Shown here in pieces: positions 26,798 through 39,110 of a stretch of 64,000 nucleotides of DNA. Each line of letters starts with the position of its first letter. Within the stretch, counting starts at the first letter, position 1. The notes beneath the pieces were generated by a model. The model ran no database searches, was not told the DNA's origin, and saw nothing but the letters and a program-made list of their open reading frames with translations. Source of the stretch: Magallana gigas (lineage: Eukaryota); NCBI RefSeq assembly GCF_963853765.1, contig NC_088859.1, positions 12,896,001-12,960,000 of the forward strand, in the 5' to 3' direction. The translations under genes were made by a program, and so were the position numbers.

Positions 26798-28584
26798 TTA
26801 GATGCAGATTTCCTTTATTAACTGTGAACTTTTGTATTCTTGAATAGTGACGGCATCATCTGTAAATTAAAGTAAGAGTACAACAGCAATTGTATTGAGT
26901 TATCATTTTCAAGTGACTACTTTGAGTGACGATCAATAAACGTTTCATTTGTGTATTTTAAAATGTCTATCTTACCTTTGTTGACATCCAATTTTTCAAA
27001 GAATTCATCTAAATCTTCAGCTCCAGTAATATCAATCAATGTCGACAACTCTGTTTCACTGATTTTTTGATCTTCGTCCAGATCGAATGAGTTGAAATTA
27101 CAAACATTCAAACTAAATACCTGTGTCAATAAAAAGAAATGACAACGTTATTTTAAACTGACCATGTTTGAAGTTGTATAAATACTAATCAAACACGTTT
27201 CATACTTTTTATGAAAAGACATTTCAATTCCACAAAGACATTATTATTTTGTTTTTCATAGAATGTATTAAAAGGTACTCCTTCGAAGTCATATTTGTTA
27301 TCATTCAATACACCATACAGCCCCCCCCCCCTCCCCCAATTTTCATCTTGGGTTTTCTTGACAAATCTCTACTGTATTTGGATCGTTTGCAACACTTAAA
27401 GTTCCTTTTGTCATTTCTATCATGTTATCTAGTCTCGTCGTATATCCATTTTGATTTTGTTTGGTAACCCACAAGGAGTTTCAGTTGATAGACAATATTA
27501 AATGCTTGGATAATGTTCCACATCATCCTTCCCTTTTTTTAACTCTGCCTTTGGCTGTTTTAATACTCTGATGAAGTCCTTTTTCTTTAATAATGTCAAA
27601 TGTTATTAGAAATATTGGGAATATTAGATACATGCCTTGCATTTTCGAGCGACCATGATTTATATATTTTTCTTCATTAGCTTTTCTTCAATCCAGATAC
27701 TTGTAAAATGATACAGTACTTCATTTAATTGATGGGCGACAAATTTTTCAAAGTCCGTGCTTTTTTTTCCAGAAGACGATTTCGCAGCATTTTTTATATT
27801 TTTTTTTGATTTCCTTTTAGAAGTGTTTTTTGGGGACAACAGTTGGCTTTTTTTTGTAAGCACTTTCGGAAGTTGTATGAGAAGGAGATCTGTTTGTCAT
27901 GTTCTTTGCAGACAATTTTTGTAAGAGTTGTGCCACTTTGCACTCGAATAAATTCTCAAGGGAAATAAGTTCGATACAAAGAACCATTAATTAACTAATA
28001 TTAATTGTACTGAAATTAATTTATTCATACCAATAGAGTATTAATAAATAAGGATTTTGACCAATTATTTTTTCGTTTTGAGCAAAGATCTGAAGGGTGC
28101 ACGTGTAAACAGGAAAGGTATTATTACGTCACATTTTATTTACACCCAGCTTCAGCAGGTGGCACGGGAATTTACACCCGGCTTGTTAACCAATCAGGTC
28201 TCGTATTATAAGGGACATTGGGAATAGTTGTGTTTATGTTGTTCTACAAATCAGGTAGTAAATACATCAAATTAAACAGCAACGTATTTCTTACCTCGTC
28301 GTCTGTAGATCTTTTTCCAACCACTGCTGCTGCGACCTTTGCAACTGTGTGTACGGTGGCCACAGTTTTGGCAACTTTTGCAGCTTTTCTAACGAACTTT
28401 CTAAATCTTCTTCTCCAGCCGCCGCTAACATCTTCCGTTAGCAGTAAAAAGGTCAATGAAAATATCAAGAAGTACCGAAACTGTAGAAAGAACAAAAAAG
28501 AACGAAATCAATTTTTAATGTGAAAAGGAAAATAATGATTTTAAAATCTAAATTCACTATAAACACTATAAACAGATTTACCAT
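26798..28584 (-). CDS. Cationic peptide/EF-hand precursor gene 2, 131 aa
   Basis: Exons 28582-28584, 28295-28480, 26976-27120, 26798-26859. Protein: MFRYFLIFSLTFLLLTEDVSG / GWRRRFRKFVRKAAKVAKTVATVHTVAKVAAAVV / GKR / STDDEVFSLNVCNFNSFDLDEDQKISETELSTLIDITGAEDLDEFFEKLDVNKDDAVTIQEYKSSQLIKEICI. AATAAA (minus) at 26755-26760. Confidence 0.92.
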
Positions 28585-28639
28585 AGTTTAACCCTGTTGA
28601 TTTCACAAAGGAAATATGCCAAGAACAAAATGTTTCTAC

Positions 28640-28694
28640 TTTTATACCGACATCCGAAAGCCTTTTCGGGCTTTTCATTTCATTTTCTGAAAAC
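28640..28694 (-). promoter_or_regulatory. TATA box and IRF/ISRE-like element of peptide gene 2
   Basis: TATAAAA (minus) at 28640-28646. Minus-strand GTTTTCAGAAAATGAAATGAAAAG (28671-28694) contains GAAANNGAAA. Confidence 0.55.
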
Positions 28695-29485
28695 CTGATG
28701 CTGATGTTTGTGCTTTTGTGCTAAAACAACGCCGCAAGGTAATAAATCAGTTTCAGTCCAATTAATTATTTTCATCATATGCATATTAATGATTTAGGGT
28801 ATCACGTTTGCAATTGAGTTTTTTAAACCACCATTTCGGAAATGGCCGTCAATCACAACGAGAGACATTAGCCAAGTAGGCTAGGTAATGATGATACTAA
28901 ACCTGCCATGATGTTTATATGATTCTTTATTTTCTTTAAGACACATAAAATCTATGTAAAATGAAACTGCATTACGTCAGCTCTTAAGCTTTGTAATCCA
29001 TTCCCAAATCTTGAGTGGAATCATTCATTTAGTCAACGCACGTAAAATTTTTTTTTTTATCCATTTCTTTAGACATTAATATAAGATTCAGAACCATAAT
29101 AAATAAGTTTTAAACAGCTTTGATGAAATATTGCTCTTTGGTTACTAATCTTATAAATTAGTTGATCTGATACCTTCACCTATTACATAATTGATGTCTC
29201 TTAAGACTTGTTACTTTTGCCTTTTTAGAGTCATTGAGAGCGTAACAGACATCAATGCTTACAATTAACTTTCGTAAAGATGGAAATTGCGAAGATCAAG
29301 TAATGTTTAACTTGGTGTCGTGTTATGAAACCGTCAAAATAGATAAACTGTTGTGTTGTACACAGTACCCTCAGTAAACAATTTCTAAGGAAAAAGTTTT
29401 TGTATTCTTTAAATTTTATATGGAATATATACTTATAATGTGCATAAAGTATTACAGAAATGTATAATCTGAATCTATTCGTAAT

Positions 29486-29490
<5 letters not shown>

Positions 29491-29554
<64 letters not shown>
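29491..29554. repeat. (CT)n microsatellite
   Basis: Directly visible. Confidence 0.95.
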
Positions 29555-29556
<2 letters not shown>

Positions 29557-30076
29557 GATCCGATACCTAAAAGGTACACGCATATTCCTAAATCAGGTCA
29601 TAATATTGAAGTTAAAAAAAATAAATTAAGATGACCTTATGAATTTTTTAATTCCCTTAGTACAGAGGACAGTTTTGTATGGTTAAAAACTTTGATCTGA
29701 AAACGTTCACGAAATACATAATCGATGTCTGTAAAGCCTGTTAACTAACTGGTATGCCTCTCTTACATCACACCGTGACTTACCAACGTGACTTGAATAA
29801 ATAATTCTCATGCATATACTTTGGAAATCCCAAATCCTGCGTTACGTTTATTTGGTTCATTGACATGAGATTGACAATTTAAAAACAACTGTGATGACGT
29901 ATAGAATATAATGTGTCTGTTTACAATGGTTTTATCATACAGATGTGGTACACTCCCCACAATAGCTATCTCCGCACGCTTGAACTAAACATAATTTGCT
30001 ATTCTACGCTTTAAAACTTAAAAAAAACACTCGTGGTCACGAGAATTATTTGTTACTAAAATACTAAACAATAATA

Positions 30077-33000
30077 AACAAGAGGCCAATAGGCCATAAC
30101 TGTCACCTGAGTAGCATATAACCCATACACAAACTTGTCGAGGATTCTCATGTATTCATTTAATTGGGTTTCATTCTGGAGTAGAAAAATGATAAATTTG
30201 TAATGACGACCACCTCCCTGCCTGAAATCTTTTAAAAAGAACTATGAAACCTATAATTTTGGCAAAAAACTTAAAGATCTGGTCTGCAAAATCATGAATT
30301 CAGTTTTCCTTTTAGGTGTTTAGGAGTAAAGAAGATAATTTTTAAACATTATATGCATTAACACCTACATGTACACATCCATTTTGGCCCTGCCCTAGAG
30401 TCAAAACCCATACTCCAGGGGACATGAAATTAAAAATTTTAGTAGAGGACTTCCTGGTAAACATAATTATGAAGTCAGTTATTCATACAGATGTTTGAGA
30501 ATAGGGAAGAGGATTTTAATACATTATATGCATTAACACTATATTGCCATATTGCCCACCCCCCATGTCCTGAACCCCTGACCCAGGGGTCATGAATTTC
30601 ACAATTTGGGTAGAAGAGTTAGTAGACATCATAACCATGTATTCAGTTTTTTGCCCACATGTTTGGAGTAAAAAAGAAGATTTTTAAAGATTTAATAATT
30701 TTTTATTTTATGGCCATATTGGCCCCACCCTAGAGCCTGAACCCCTGACACAGGGGTAATGCATTTTTTCTTCTCTTTTATTAAAACAAATATCATAATA
30801 AAGAAACATGTACATCATATATTCAATATATTCATTCACAAATAATTTCCTAAGTTAGTAAACATATTATTATTAGATCTAAATTTCTTCGCATATTTCA
30901 AAATATCATTTTGTAAACAAAGATTATATTTTAGTTTTTGTATAAGGTTTCTTTCTGACATAATTTCATTATCAAATCTACATTTCATTTTATATTTGTA
31001 GATTGTAAAACATACAAAAGATATAAGATTGTTCAACATAACTGTATGAATATTATTATCTTTATAAAAACCTAGGACTATAGTTTTCCATGTTATTGTG
31101 AGACGCAAAAAAGTCCCTACTCGTTTCCATATTTTGTTTACCATTTCGCAACTAAATAACAAATGTTGAGCATCTTCGACTAATTTACATACATCACATA
31201 GTGGAGATATATTTTCATTCCACTTCCTTACTGCCAAATTATTGTTTACAATACAATGCAGTAACTTATAGTTAAATTCTTCAATATTATTTTCATACAT
31301 TTGTTTAATTTTAGAAAAATAAATATTTTCCCAGTTGAAATCTGTTGTTTCAAGATCAAAAAGCTATTCCCATAGTGGAAATTCTAGCAATTCAAAAAAG
31401 GAAAAATCATGAGATACATGGACTTAAATTTAATGAAAATATTGATAGGGAATACAAATTAGTACAACATGCGGATGATTGCACAAATATGGTAAAAGAA
31501 CCAAATTCTTTAAAAAATGCACTAGAGACTATACAACAATTCAGTAAAGTAGCTGGTCCAAATTTAAATATTGAAAAAACTGAGTGTATATTAGCCGGCA
31601 AATTTATTAAAACATATGAAACCGAAACTGTTATTGAAGGCGTCAAAATAAATCGTAAGAGTATTAAATCCCTTGGAATCTATCTTGGTCATGATAAAGA
31701 TGAATGTTATAACAAAAACTGGACGAGTAAACTAGAAAAATTATCTAGAATCTTAAGTGTGTGGAAAAAACGAAATTTAACAATCTTCGGAAAATGTACG
31801 ATCATAAATACACTAGCAATTTCAAAATTGGTATATAATGCATTTATTCTTCAAAACCCAAAGCCAGAATATTTTAAAAATGTTTCAAAAATGATATTTA
31901 ACTTTATTTGGAAAAAAAGAGGTAGAATAAAAAGAAATACACTGATTGGGAAAATTCAAAAAGGAGGGATCAATATTGTGGATATCAAAAGTAAATTTTT
32001 AGCGGCTAAAGCGTCATGGATTAAAAGAATAACAAATAAATGTAGTATAACATATGATAGCTTGAATGACATGTTACACGAAATGAAAATATCCGTATTT
32101 GAAATTATTAAAATGACAGGTACCAAAATTTGTAAAATACTAAGTTTGCCTATTTTTTATTGTGAAGTCTTCTGTACTTTTTATTTATGTAAACAAGAGA
32201 AGAAATATTGTAATTTAAAAAGAGATGAAATTCTGACAGAATTTATATGGTGTAATTCATTGTTCAAATATAAAGGACAAACTATTTGTTTTGTAAATTG
32301 GATAAAAGATGGTATTTTTAATGTTAAAGACATTTTGATGAGAATGGAGAGATCTATGATATTTCTTATTTTATGAATTTATTGAGAAAGAGAAATAACA
32401 TTCTTTGAGAATATGTAATGCTTAAGCAAGCAATGAAGGAATGTATAAAACTAACTTTTCAAATGCAAAACATGTAAAAAATACTTGTAATTATTATTTT
32501 TTGTTTAAAAACAATGTCAATTCATTCTCTGAAAAGCAATTTTTGTTATTCTATACTAGTAAATTCAAAATTTCTGTACCCATTGTATGGGGTAATGAAT
32601 TTTACAATTTTTTGGTAGAGGGCTTCATGGACATCATAATCATGCATTTCGTTTTTCACAAATATGTATGGGAGTAGAGAAGAAGATTTTCTAAGATTTA
32701 ATACATTTTACTATTTGGCCATATATATATTATGGCTATATATTTGCCCCACCCAAGAGCCAGAACCCCTGATCCAGGAGCCATGAATTTAACAACTTGG
32801 TAGAGGGCTTCATGAACATCATAACCATGCAACCGTGTGGGAGTAGAGATGAAGATTTTTGAAAATTTGGCTTTTTTTTTTCATATTTGGCCCCATTTGT
32901 GGTGCCCTAGGGGGTAGTAGAGCCACGAATTTTACAATTTAGATTACTCTTACCATAAAAATGCCTCACACCAAAAATGGTAACAATTAGCCTAGATTTT

Positions 33001-33120
33001 AAGAAGATGTTAAAAATGTAAAATTGTTAACGCACAACGGACGGCGCACGACGCACGTCGCACGACGACGGACGAAAACGGAGAGCAATAGGTCACCTGA
33101 TTTTACTCAGGTGACCTAAA
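30077..33120. mobile_element. Non-autonomous Helentron/HINE-type element with internal satellite-like units, interrupted by a LINE
   Basis: One end AACAAGAGGCCAATAGGCC...TCACCTGAG is the reverse complement of the end at 50879-50913. The other end has a (CGA/GCA)-rich microsatellite and the palindrome AGGTCACCTGA-N6-TCAGGTGACCT (33090-33117). Internal CCCCTGACCCAGGGGTCATGAATTT units. Confidence 0.75.
30762..32588. mobile_element. 5'-truncated, internally inverted L1/Tx1-like LINE fragment
   Basis: Plus segment 31345-32588 encodes the RT C-terminal half (QHADD, KYLG-like KSLGIYLG). Minus segment ~31345-30762 encodes the downstream CDVC...HLLFSC zinc-binding region, AATAAA and an A-rich tail. 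Flanked by GGGGTAATG at 30753-30761 and 32589-32597. Confidence 0.8.
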
Positions 33121-34049
33121 AAGAAACATATACAATATCATCCTACAACAATTAATAATAAATTTATATAACATATTTCCAAATGGAATATATATACAGG
33201 TCAAGATTGAATAGATACATATATTTGCAACAAGAGCTATTCGTGAAACTGTCAGTGATTGACTTGGATATTGTTAATGATAAGGGTATAATTCAATTTC
33301 ACAACGTTATTTTATCATTATTGTTGTCATTAGTATTAGTTAGTAATAGTGTTAGTATTAGTTAGTAAAAGTGCGCACATTTGTACGCAACGCTTATTTT
33401 TCTTTTAATATAAAAAGGACATATATGAATTATTGTACGACAGCAGTTCACAAGAACCATATAGAGATGATAATAAAAAGAAATATCAAAAACATAAATT
33501 AGAGTTAAAGATAATATTATAATGTGTATCTAATATTTGTTCACTAACTTTATTTAAACAATAAAATGTTTTCTTTGGTGAATCATGCGGGATATGAAGG
33601 TGACGACATTGCAGAAACAATACATAACCCGCATAAACGGATTATATAAAAAAATTTCTGCAATGATCGCTACCTTCATAATTCGAATGAATCATCAAAT
33701 ATAGTTTAAATTTGCATCTTTCTTTCAACAAATTAATAAATTGATTGAAAAAGTAAGTAAAATTAACAAAATAACAGTTAATATACATCAGTATGTTTGC
33801 TAAATGAAACAGCCAAATCGTTTCCTATGGTAATTTGAGTCTGACTTCATCATAACTATTTCGTGCAGTGCGTGAGTTTTCTTAAGTATCTGAAGTTTTC
33901 GACCAATCAATAAACGGGACATGTATATTTCGGCCCTGTCAGATTCTATAGTGCTATGAATTACAATTAATTTCCGTAAGAAATAGAGGGAACCATACTC
34001 AGTGGATGTAAATATTTAACCATAATTTTACACGCGGTATTGTATATGA

Positions 34050-34098
<49 letters not shown>
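34050..34098. repeat. (TA)n microsatellite flanking the Penelope element; partner tract at 38053-38121
   Basis: Directly visible on both sides of the element. Confidence 0.95.
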
Positions 34099-34100
<2 letters not shown>

Positions 34101-34177
34101 TAAATAAAGCCTTGGTACAGCAAAAATACTTAAATAAATAAAACAGAATGCGACAGTCCAAATTAAATAAATTGTTT

Positions 34178-34216
34178 ACTGTTAGCGCTTTCAGCCATGT
34201 CGGCTCTTCAGACAGT
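34178..34216 (-). ncRNA. Type I minimal hammerhead ribozyme-like motif (copy in the left arm)
   Basis: Reverse complement of the 37967-38005 motif. Confidence 0.6.
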
Positions 34217-34388
34217 TATACAAAATTAAAAACGTTGTTTGTAACGTTGTCAATGACGTCGTGTTTTTAAAGTTCATTATGACGTCACAATGTACATCAA
34301 GGTAGCGATGGCGTGAACTTTATCAACGCCGTTAAGCAATGCATAGACATATAATACAATACATATAAAAATTATATATATGATAAAT

Positions 34389-36572
34389 CTATTTTCGATT
34401 AAGTTTCGGGTTAAATATTTTAATAAAATAGTCCTCTTTTGTGGTTCGGGCGATTTCATTTGAATTCCACATTTTGTAAAACGGAAATATTTTAAATGTT
34501 CCCTTTCCGCACTTCGCAAAATGTTCCGAACATGGAGTGTTTCTCACTGTTTCGTCCTTTATTTGTTGTTTGTGGACTCTCACTCGGGCGTTGAGCTGGT
34601 TAGTCTGGCCAATATAATTTTCTCCACATGTTGGACAAGTCGCACAATATATCAAATTAGACGATTTGCAGTTCATTGGGGCATTAGGTTTTAAAGTTTG
34701 GCCGCTTTTTAATATTATTCCTTCTCCCTCCTGTATAAGGTCACATGTTCCACATCGGGGATCGCCGCACTTTTTGATGGAAATAGTATTGCTGGACGAG
34801 AACTTTGCTTTGGAGAGAATTTTCCTCAGATTCGGCGCTTGTCGTCTGCTGTTTATGAAAGATGATTGGTTTAACAGTTTTTTCATATTTTCTGATTGTT
34901 CTAATATTGGAAAAAAACGTTTTGCTGATTTAAAAATATTATGGTTACACGGATTATGTGTAGTTACAAACGGAATTTTCTCATCTTGTTTCTCCTCCTT
35001 AAGGCGGGTCCTTCTAAGTTGTGCTAAAGGAATATCCATAGCCCGGTTAATTCCGTCATTAATAAGTTCCACGGGGTAATTCTGTCGTCTAAGGTGTTGT
35101 TTTAACTCTTGAAGCCTTTGTAGGCGAAGAGAAGGGTGAGTCACAATAGTACATACACGCCGTGCCATGTTGTATGGAATATTCCTTTTTGTGTGAGACG
35201 GATGACATGAATGAAAATCCAAGTATTGATGGGAATCTGTTTCTTTGCTAAATAAATCGGTAATGATATTCTCGCCGTCTTTGATAATAAGAATATCTAA
35301 GAATGGGAGTTTCTCACGATGGACGTCTATAGTGAATTTTATCGAGGCCTGCAGTTCATTTAAGATAGAATGAAATTTTATAAGATCCTCTTCCGTTTTG
35401 GTCCAAAAGATGAAACAGTCATCAAGGTATCTTTTCCAGTTCTCTTTAATGTATAGCGTAAAATCGGCATCAAAGATATCCGGCAATATACTATAAAGTT
35501 TTTCTTCAAGGTACCCCATTACAAGTGAGGCATACGTAGGGGCAACTTTTGTGCCCATGGCAGTACCTTTTATCTGTAGGTAATTTTCATCATCAAAGAG
35601 GAAAGTGTTATTTTCTAGTACAAGTTTTAGTCCGGCTAAGATGAACTCTTTTGAAAATCTACTATCTATTTGATCTGGATGCTTGTCCAACCAATATTGA
35701 ATTGCCTCTAATCCTAAATTATGAGGAATATTAGTATATAGGCTGCTTACATCAAATGTAACAAGGATCGTGTCTCCTGGTACTGTTTGTGGGATGTAGT
35801 TCAGAAAATCCATATCATCACGAACGTAACTTGTCACTTTGGTGCATAGCGGTTTCAAAATGATATCCAGCATATTGCTTAACCGTTGTGTGCTAGATGC
35901 GGGTCCTGCTATGATAGGCCTCAGTTTTAGATCATTTGGTCTAGGAAGTTTGATATAAGTAGAGTTACATTTTTTGACGTTTTCTTGGATATTTTTACAT
36001 TTGTGGATTTTAGGCAAACCATAAAAATTACTAGATTTAACCTCATATTTAGTCAGATATTCAATTTCATTATCCGTTAGATTGTCTTGGTACTTTCTGG
36101 TAAGTTTTTCTATTTTGAGCATGGTTCGCCGATCTTCATTCTGTTCCAGTTTTGTGTAAAACTGATGATCTTGAAGTTGAGAAAGTGACATTTCTTTGTA
36201 ATGGTCTCTATCCATTATGACTATAGCCCCTCCTTTATCGGCGTTTTTAATTATAATTGATGGGTCATTTTTCAAGGTTTGCATTGCTTGATATTGTTTG
36301 TGGGAAATATTAGACTTAACAGTTTTATCTGTCACGTTGGAGTTCGCAGTGTTGCGAAGACATGAAATATAATCCTCCAGATGTTTATCTCTATTTAACG
36401 GTGGTTTGAACCCCTTATTGTTTTTAACAAGAGATATGTCATTGTTAAAACACACAACGAGTTGGATAAAAATCATATACCATCGCAAATCATGAGAGAT
36501 TCTTTTTATCACAGTATTTTGTTTATCCCAACTTTTTCTGTAAAAATTGTGATTGTGAGCCGCACAACACAT
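34389..36572 (-). CDS. Penelope-like reverse transcriptase plus GIY-YIG endonuclease, probably N-terminally truncated
   Basis: RT motifs LRPII, GTAMGTKVAPTYA, WKRYLDD; CGDPRCGTC zinc motif; NLIY...YIGQT nuclease motif. The first ~40 codons do not look like element sequence. Confidence 0.9.
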   Translation of the reverse strand: MCCAAHNHNFYRKSWDKQNTVIKRISHDLRWYMIFIQLVVCFNNDISLVKNNKGFKPPLNRDKHLEDYISCLRNTANSNVTDKTVKSNISHKQYQAMQTLKNDPSIIIKNADKGGAIVIMDRDHYKEMSLSQLQDHQFYTKLEQNEDRRTMLKIEKLTRKYQDNLTDNEIEYLTKYEVKSSNFYGLPKIHKCKNIQENVKKCNSTYIKLPRPNDLKLRPIIAGPASSTQRLSNMLDIILKPLCTKVTSYVRDDMDFLNYIPQTVPGDTILVTFDVSSLYTNIPHNLGLEAIQYWLDKHPDQIDSRFSKEFILAGLKLVLENNTFLFDDENYLQIKGTAMGTKVAPTYASLVMGYLEEKLYSILPDIFDADFTLYIKENWKRYLDDCFIFWTKTEEDLIKFHSILNELQASIKFTIDVHREKLPFLDILIIKDGENIITDLFSKETDSHQYLDFHSCHPSHTKRNIPYNMARRVCTIVTHPSLRLQRLQELKQHLRRQNYPVELINDGINRAMDIPLAQLRRTRLKEEKQDEKIPFVTTHNPCNHNIFKSAKRFFPILEQSENMKKLLNQSSFINSRRQAPNLRKILSKAKFSSSNTISIKKCGDPRCGTCDLIQEGEGIILKSGQTLKPNAPMNCKSSNLIYCATCPTCGENYIGQTNQLNARVRVHKQQIKDETVRNTPCSEHFAKCGKGTFKIFPFYKMWNSNEIARTTKEDYFIKIFNPKLNRK

Positions 36573-37110
36573 TATTTACAACACGTCAACAATGTTACGC
36601 ATGGAAAAAAAGTTCCTTGAAGTTTAACAAACAGACATTCATTTTCGAGCATTTTTTTATGAATTCATGACAAATAACTGAAAGAACATTAAATGTTTCA
36701 AATTTATATCTCAACACCCCTCAACTGAATTAATTATTTACTTTTTCATTCTACGTCAATCAACCGTCTAAACCTACGTAATGATTAACTATGACGTCAC
36801 GTGGCGTAAGAACACACAGTGGAATATCAAAAATTTATCCCATGAGTGATATCCACCGTATATTGGGATAAACATGTGATAAATATAGGATCTTATTATC
36901 AAAGACGGCGAGAATATCATTACCGATTTATTTAGCAAAGAAACAGATTCCCATCAATACTTGGATTTTCATTCATGTCATCCGTCTCACACAAAAAGGA
37001 ATATTCCATACAACATGGCACGGCGTGTATGTACTATTGTGACTCACCCTTCTCTTTGCCTACAAAGGCTTCAAGAGTTAAAACAACACCTTAGACGACA
37101 GAATTAGCCC

Positions 37111-37794
37111 GTGGAACTTATTAATGACGGAATTAACCGGGCTATGGATATTCCTTTAGCACAACTTAGAAGGACCCGCCTTAAGGAGGAGAAACAAGAT
37201 GAGAAAATTCCGTTTGTAACTACACATAATCCGTGTAACCATAATATTTTTAAATCAGCAAAACGTTTTTTTCCAATATTAGAACAATCAGAAAATATGA
37301 AAAAACTGTTAAACCAATCATCTTTCATAAACAGCAGACGACAAGCGCCGAATCTGAGGAAAATTCTCTCCAAAGCAAAGTTCTCGTCCAGCAATACTAT
37401 TTCCATCAAAAAGTGCGGCGATCCCCGATGTGGAACATGTGACCTTATACAGGAGGGAGAAGGAATAATATTAAAAAGCGGCCAAACTTTAAAACCTAAT
37501 GCCCCAATGAACTGCAAATCGTCTAATTTGATATATTGTGCGACTTGTCCAACACGTGGAGAAAATTATATTGGCCAGACTAACCAGCTCAACGCCCGAG
37601 TGAGAGTCCACAAACAACAAATAAAGGACGAAACAGTGAGAAACACTCCATGTTCGGAACATTTTGCGAAGTGCGGAAAGGGAACATTTAAAATATTTCC
37701 GTTTTACAAAATGTGGAATTCAAATGAAATCGCCCGAACCACAAAAGAGGACTATTTTATTAAAATATTTAACCCGAAACTTAATCGAAAATAG
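37111..37794 (+). pseudogene. Duplicated 3' part of the Penelope ORF (GIY-YIG domain)
   Basis: Nearly identical to the C-terminal 227 aa of the 34389-36572 ORF, with a Cys-to-Arg change in CPTC. Confidence 0.85.
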
Positions 37795-37966
37795 ATTTAT
37801 CATATATATAATTTTTATATGTATTGTATTATATGTCTATGCATTGCTAAACGGCGTTGATAAAGTTCACGCCATCGCTACCTTGATGTACATTGTGACG
37901 TCATAATGAACTTTAAAAACACGACGTCATTGACAACGTTACAAACAACGTTTTTAATTTTGTATA

Positions 37967-38005
37967 ACTGTCTGAAGAGCCGACATGGCTGAAAGCGCTA
38001 ACAGT
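37967..38005 (+). ncRNA. Type I minimal hammerhead ribozyme-like motif in the Penelope 3' region
   Basis: ACTGT-CTGAAGA-GCCgacatGGC-T-GAAA-GCGC-TA-ACAGT: stem I ACTGT/ACAGT, CUGANGA and GAAA core, palindromic stem III AGCGCT, CUA cleavage triplet. One non-canonical extra U before GAAA. Confidence 0.6.
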
Positions 38006-38050
38006 AAACAATTTATTTAATTTGGACTGTCGCATTCTGTTTTATTTATT

Positions 38051-38125
<75 letters not shown>

Positions 38126-39110
38126 AAATTGTCTTACTGGTCGGTGAAAAAAAATGATTATTGTTGTTCATGCTGTTGGATGTACAATCTATTTGGAGTA
38201 AAAACTTATACAAATGGAAACGTATGTGGTTTGTGTCGAAAGAATGATGAATACAGTCAAAGCTTCTTTTTATAGGTCAACTTATAATATATGAAAAAAT
38301 ATTTATGGAGACGAAAATCGGTGAATGTATGTTTTTATGGATAGACATGTGATGGTAAATCTTTTGTAAACACTATTTTTTTGCCCAATAGCTTTATAGA
38401 AGATTTAGATAGCCAAAAGAACTGGTAATAAATCGAAATGCTTATGCGAGTAACTTCTTTTAAAACAAAGGAACACTAACTTTTACTGAAATTACATTGT
38501 TCACAAAGTAGCATAATTGTCTTCATCAAATTACATTCACGGTAATAAACCACACAGACATTTAGGTTTTCTTTGTCGATTTTTTTTGTGATTTTGATCC
38601 GAGTTATTTTAGCACAAAAAATAAAACAAGCAGGCTTAAATAAGTCATGACTTTTTAAAAGAATAATCTTAATATTTTTTAAGGAGTACTGTTTATATAA
38701 AAGCCAGACATGGAAGAAAAACATATTAAGAATAACAGTCACTCATTATTAAAGTCAGTTAATAAATGTTTTCCGCGCTTACATAATTAGCCGTAGCCGT
38801 TTACGCAAATCTTTGTCCAGGTTATTTTTGTAAGCAAAAGAAATATCCACATGCTTTTTAAATCTTTTCTCATTGATTGAACCCTCCATTGTATTCAGAT
38901 CTAATTTTACATATAAACGAAAAGAGACTTTCGGTAATTTTGTCATGTCAATTTAAGAAGTATGTATCAAATGCATTTTATGATACATATTTTTTGGACA
39001 ACCTTTTCGTTTAAAGTTCAAATTAAAAACGAACTTATTTAGTAATTTTATATATCTGATTTCTCTTAATTTTCGTTTTTGAACGACGTGATTTTTTTTA
39101 AAGTTAATAA

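Larger units (their letters stand above)
34099..38053. mobile_element. Penelope-like retroelement: long minus-strand copy plus inverted 3' copy
   Basis: Inverted repeat arms 34130-35292 and 36891-38053 (1163 bp each, only a few substitutions seen), bounded by (TA)n on both sides. Confidence 0.9.

Noticed and set aside
28218-28523. Plus-strand ORFs 28218-28523 and 43468-43734
   Set aside because: Antisense shadows of the peptide exons.
34277-37906. Duplicated 80-aa and 137-aa ORFs (34277, 34666, 37104, 37664)
   Set aside because: Antisense or alternate-frame shadows of the Penelope ORF, duplicated by the inverted repeat.
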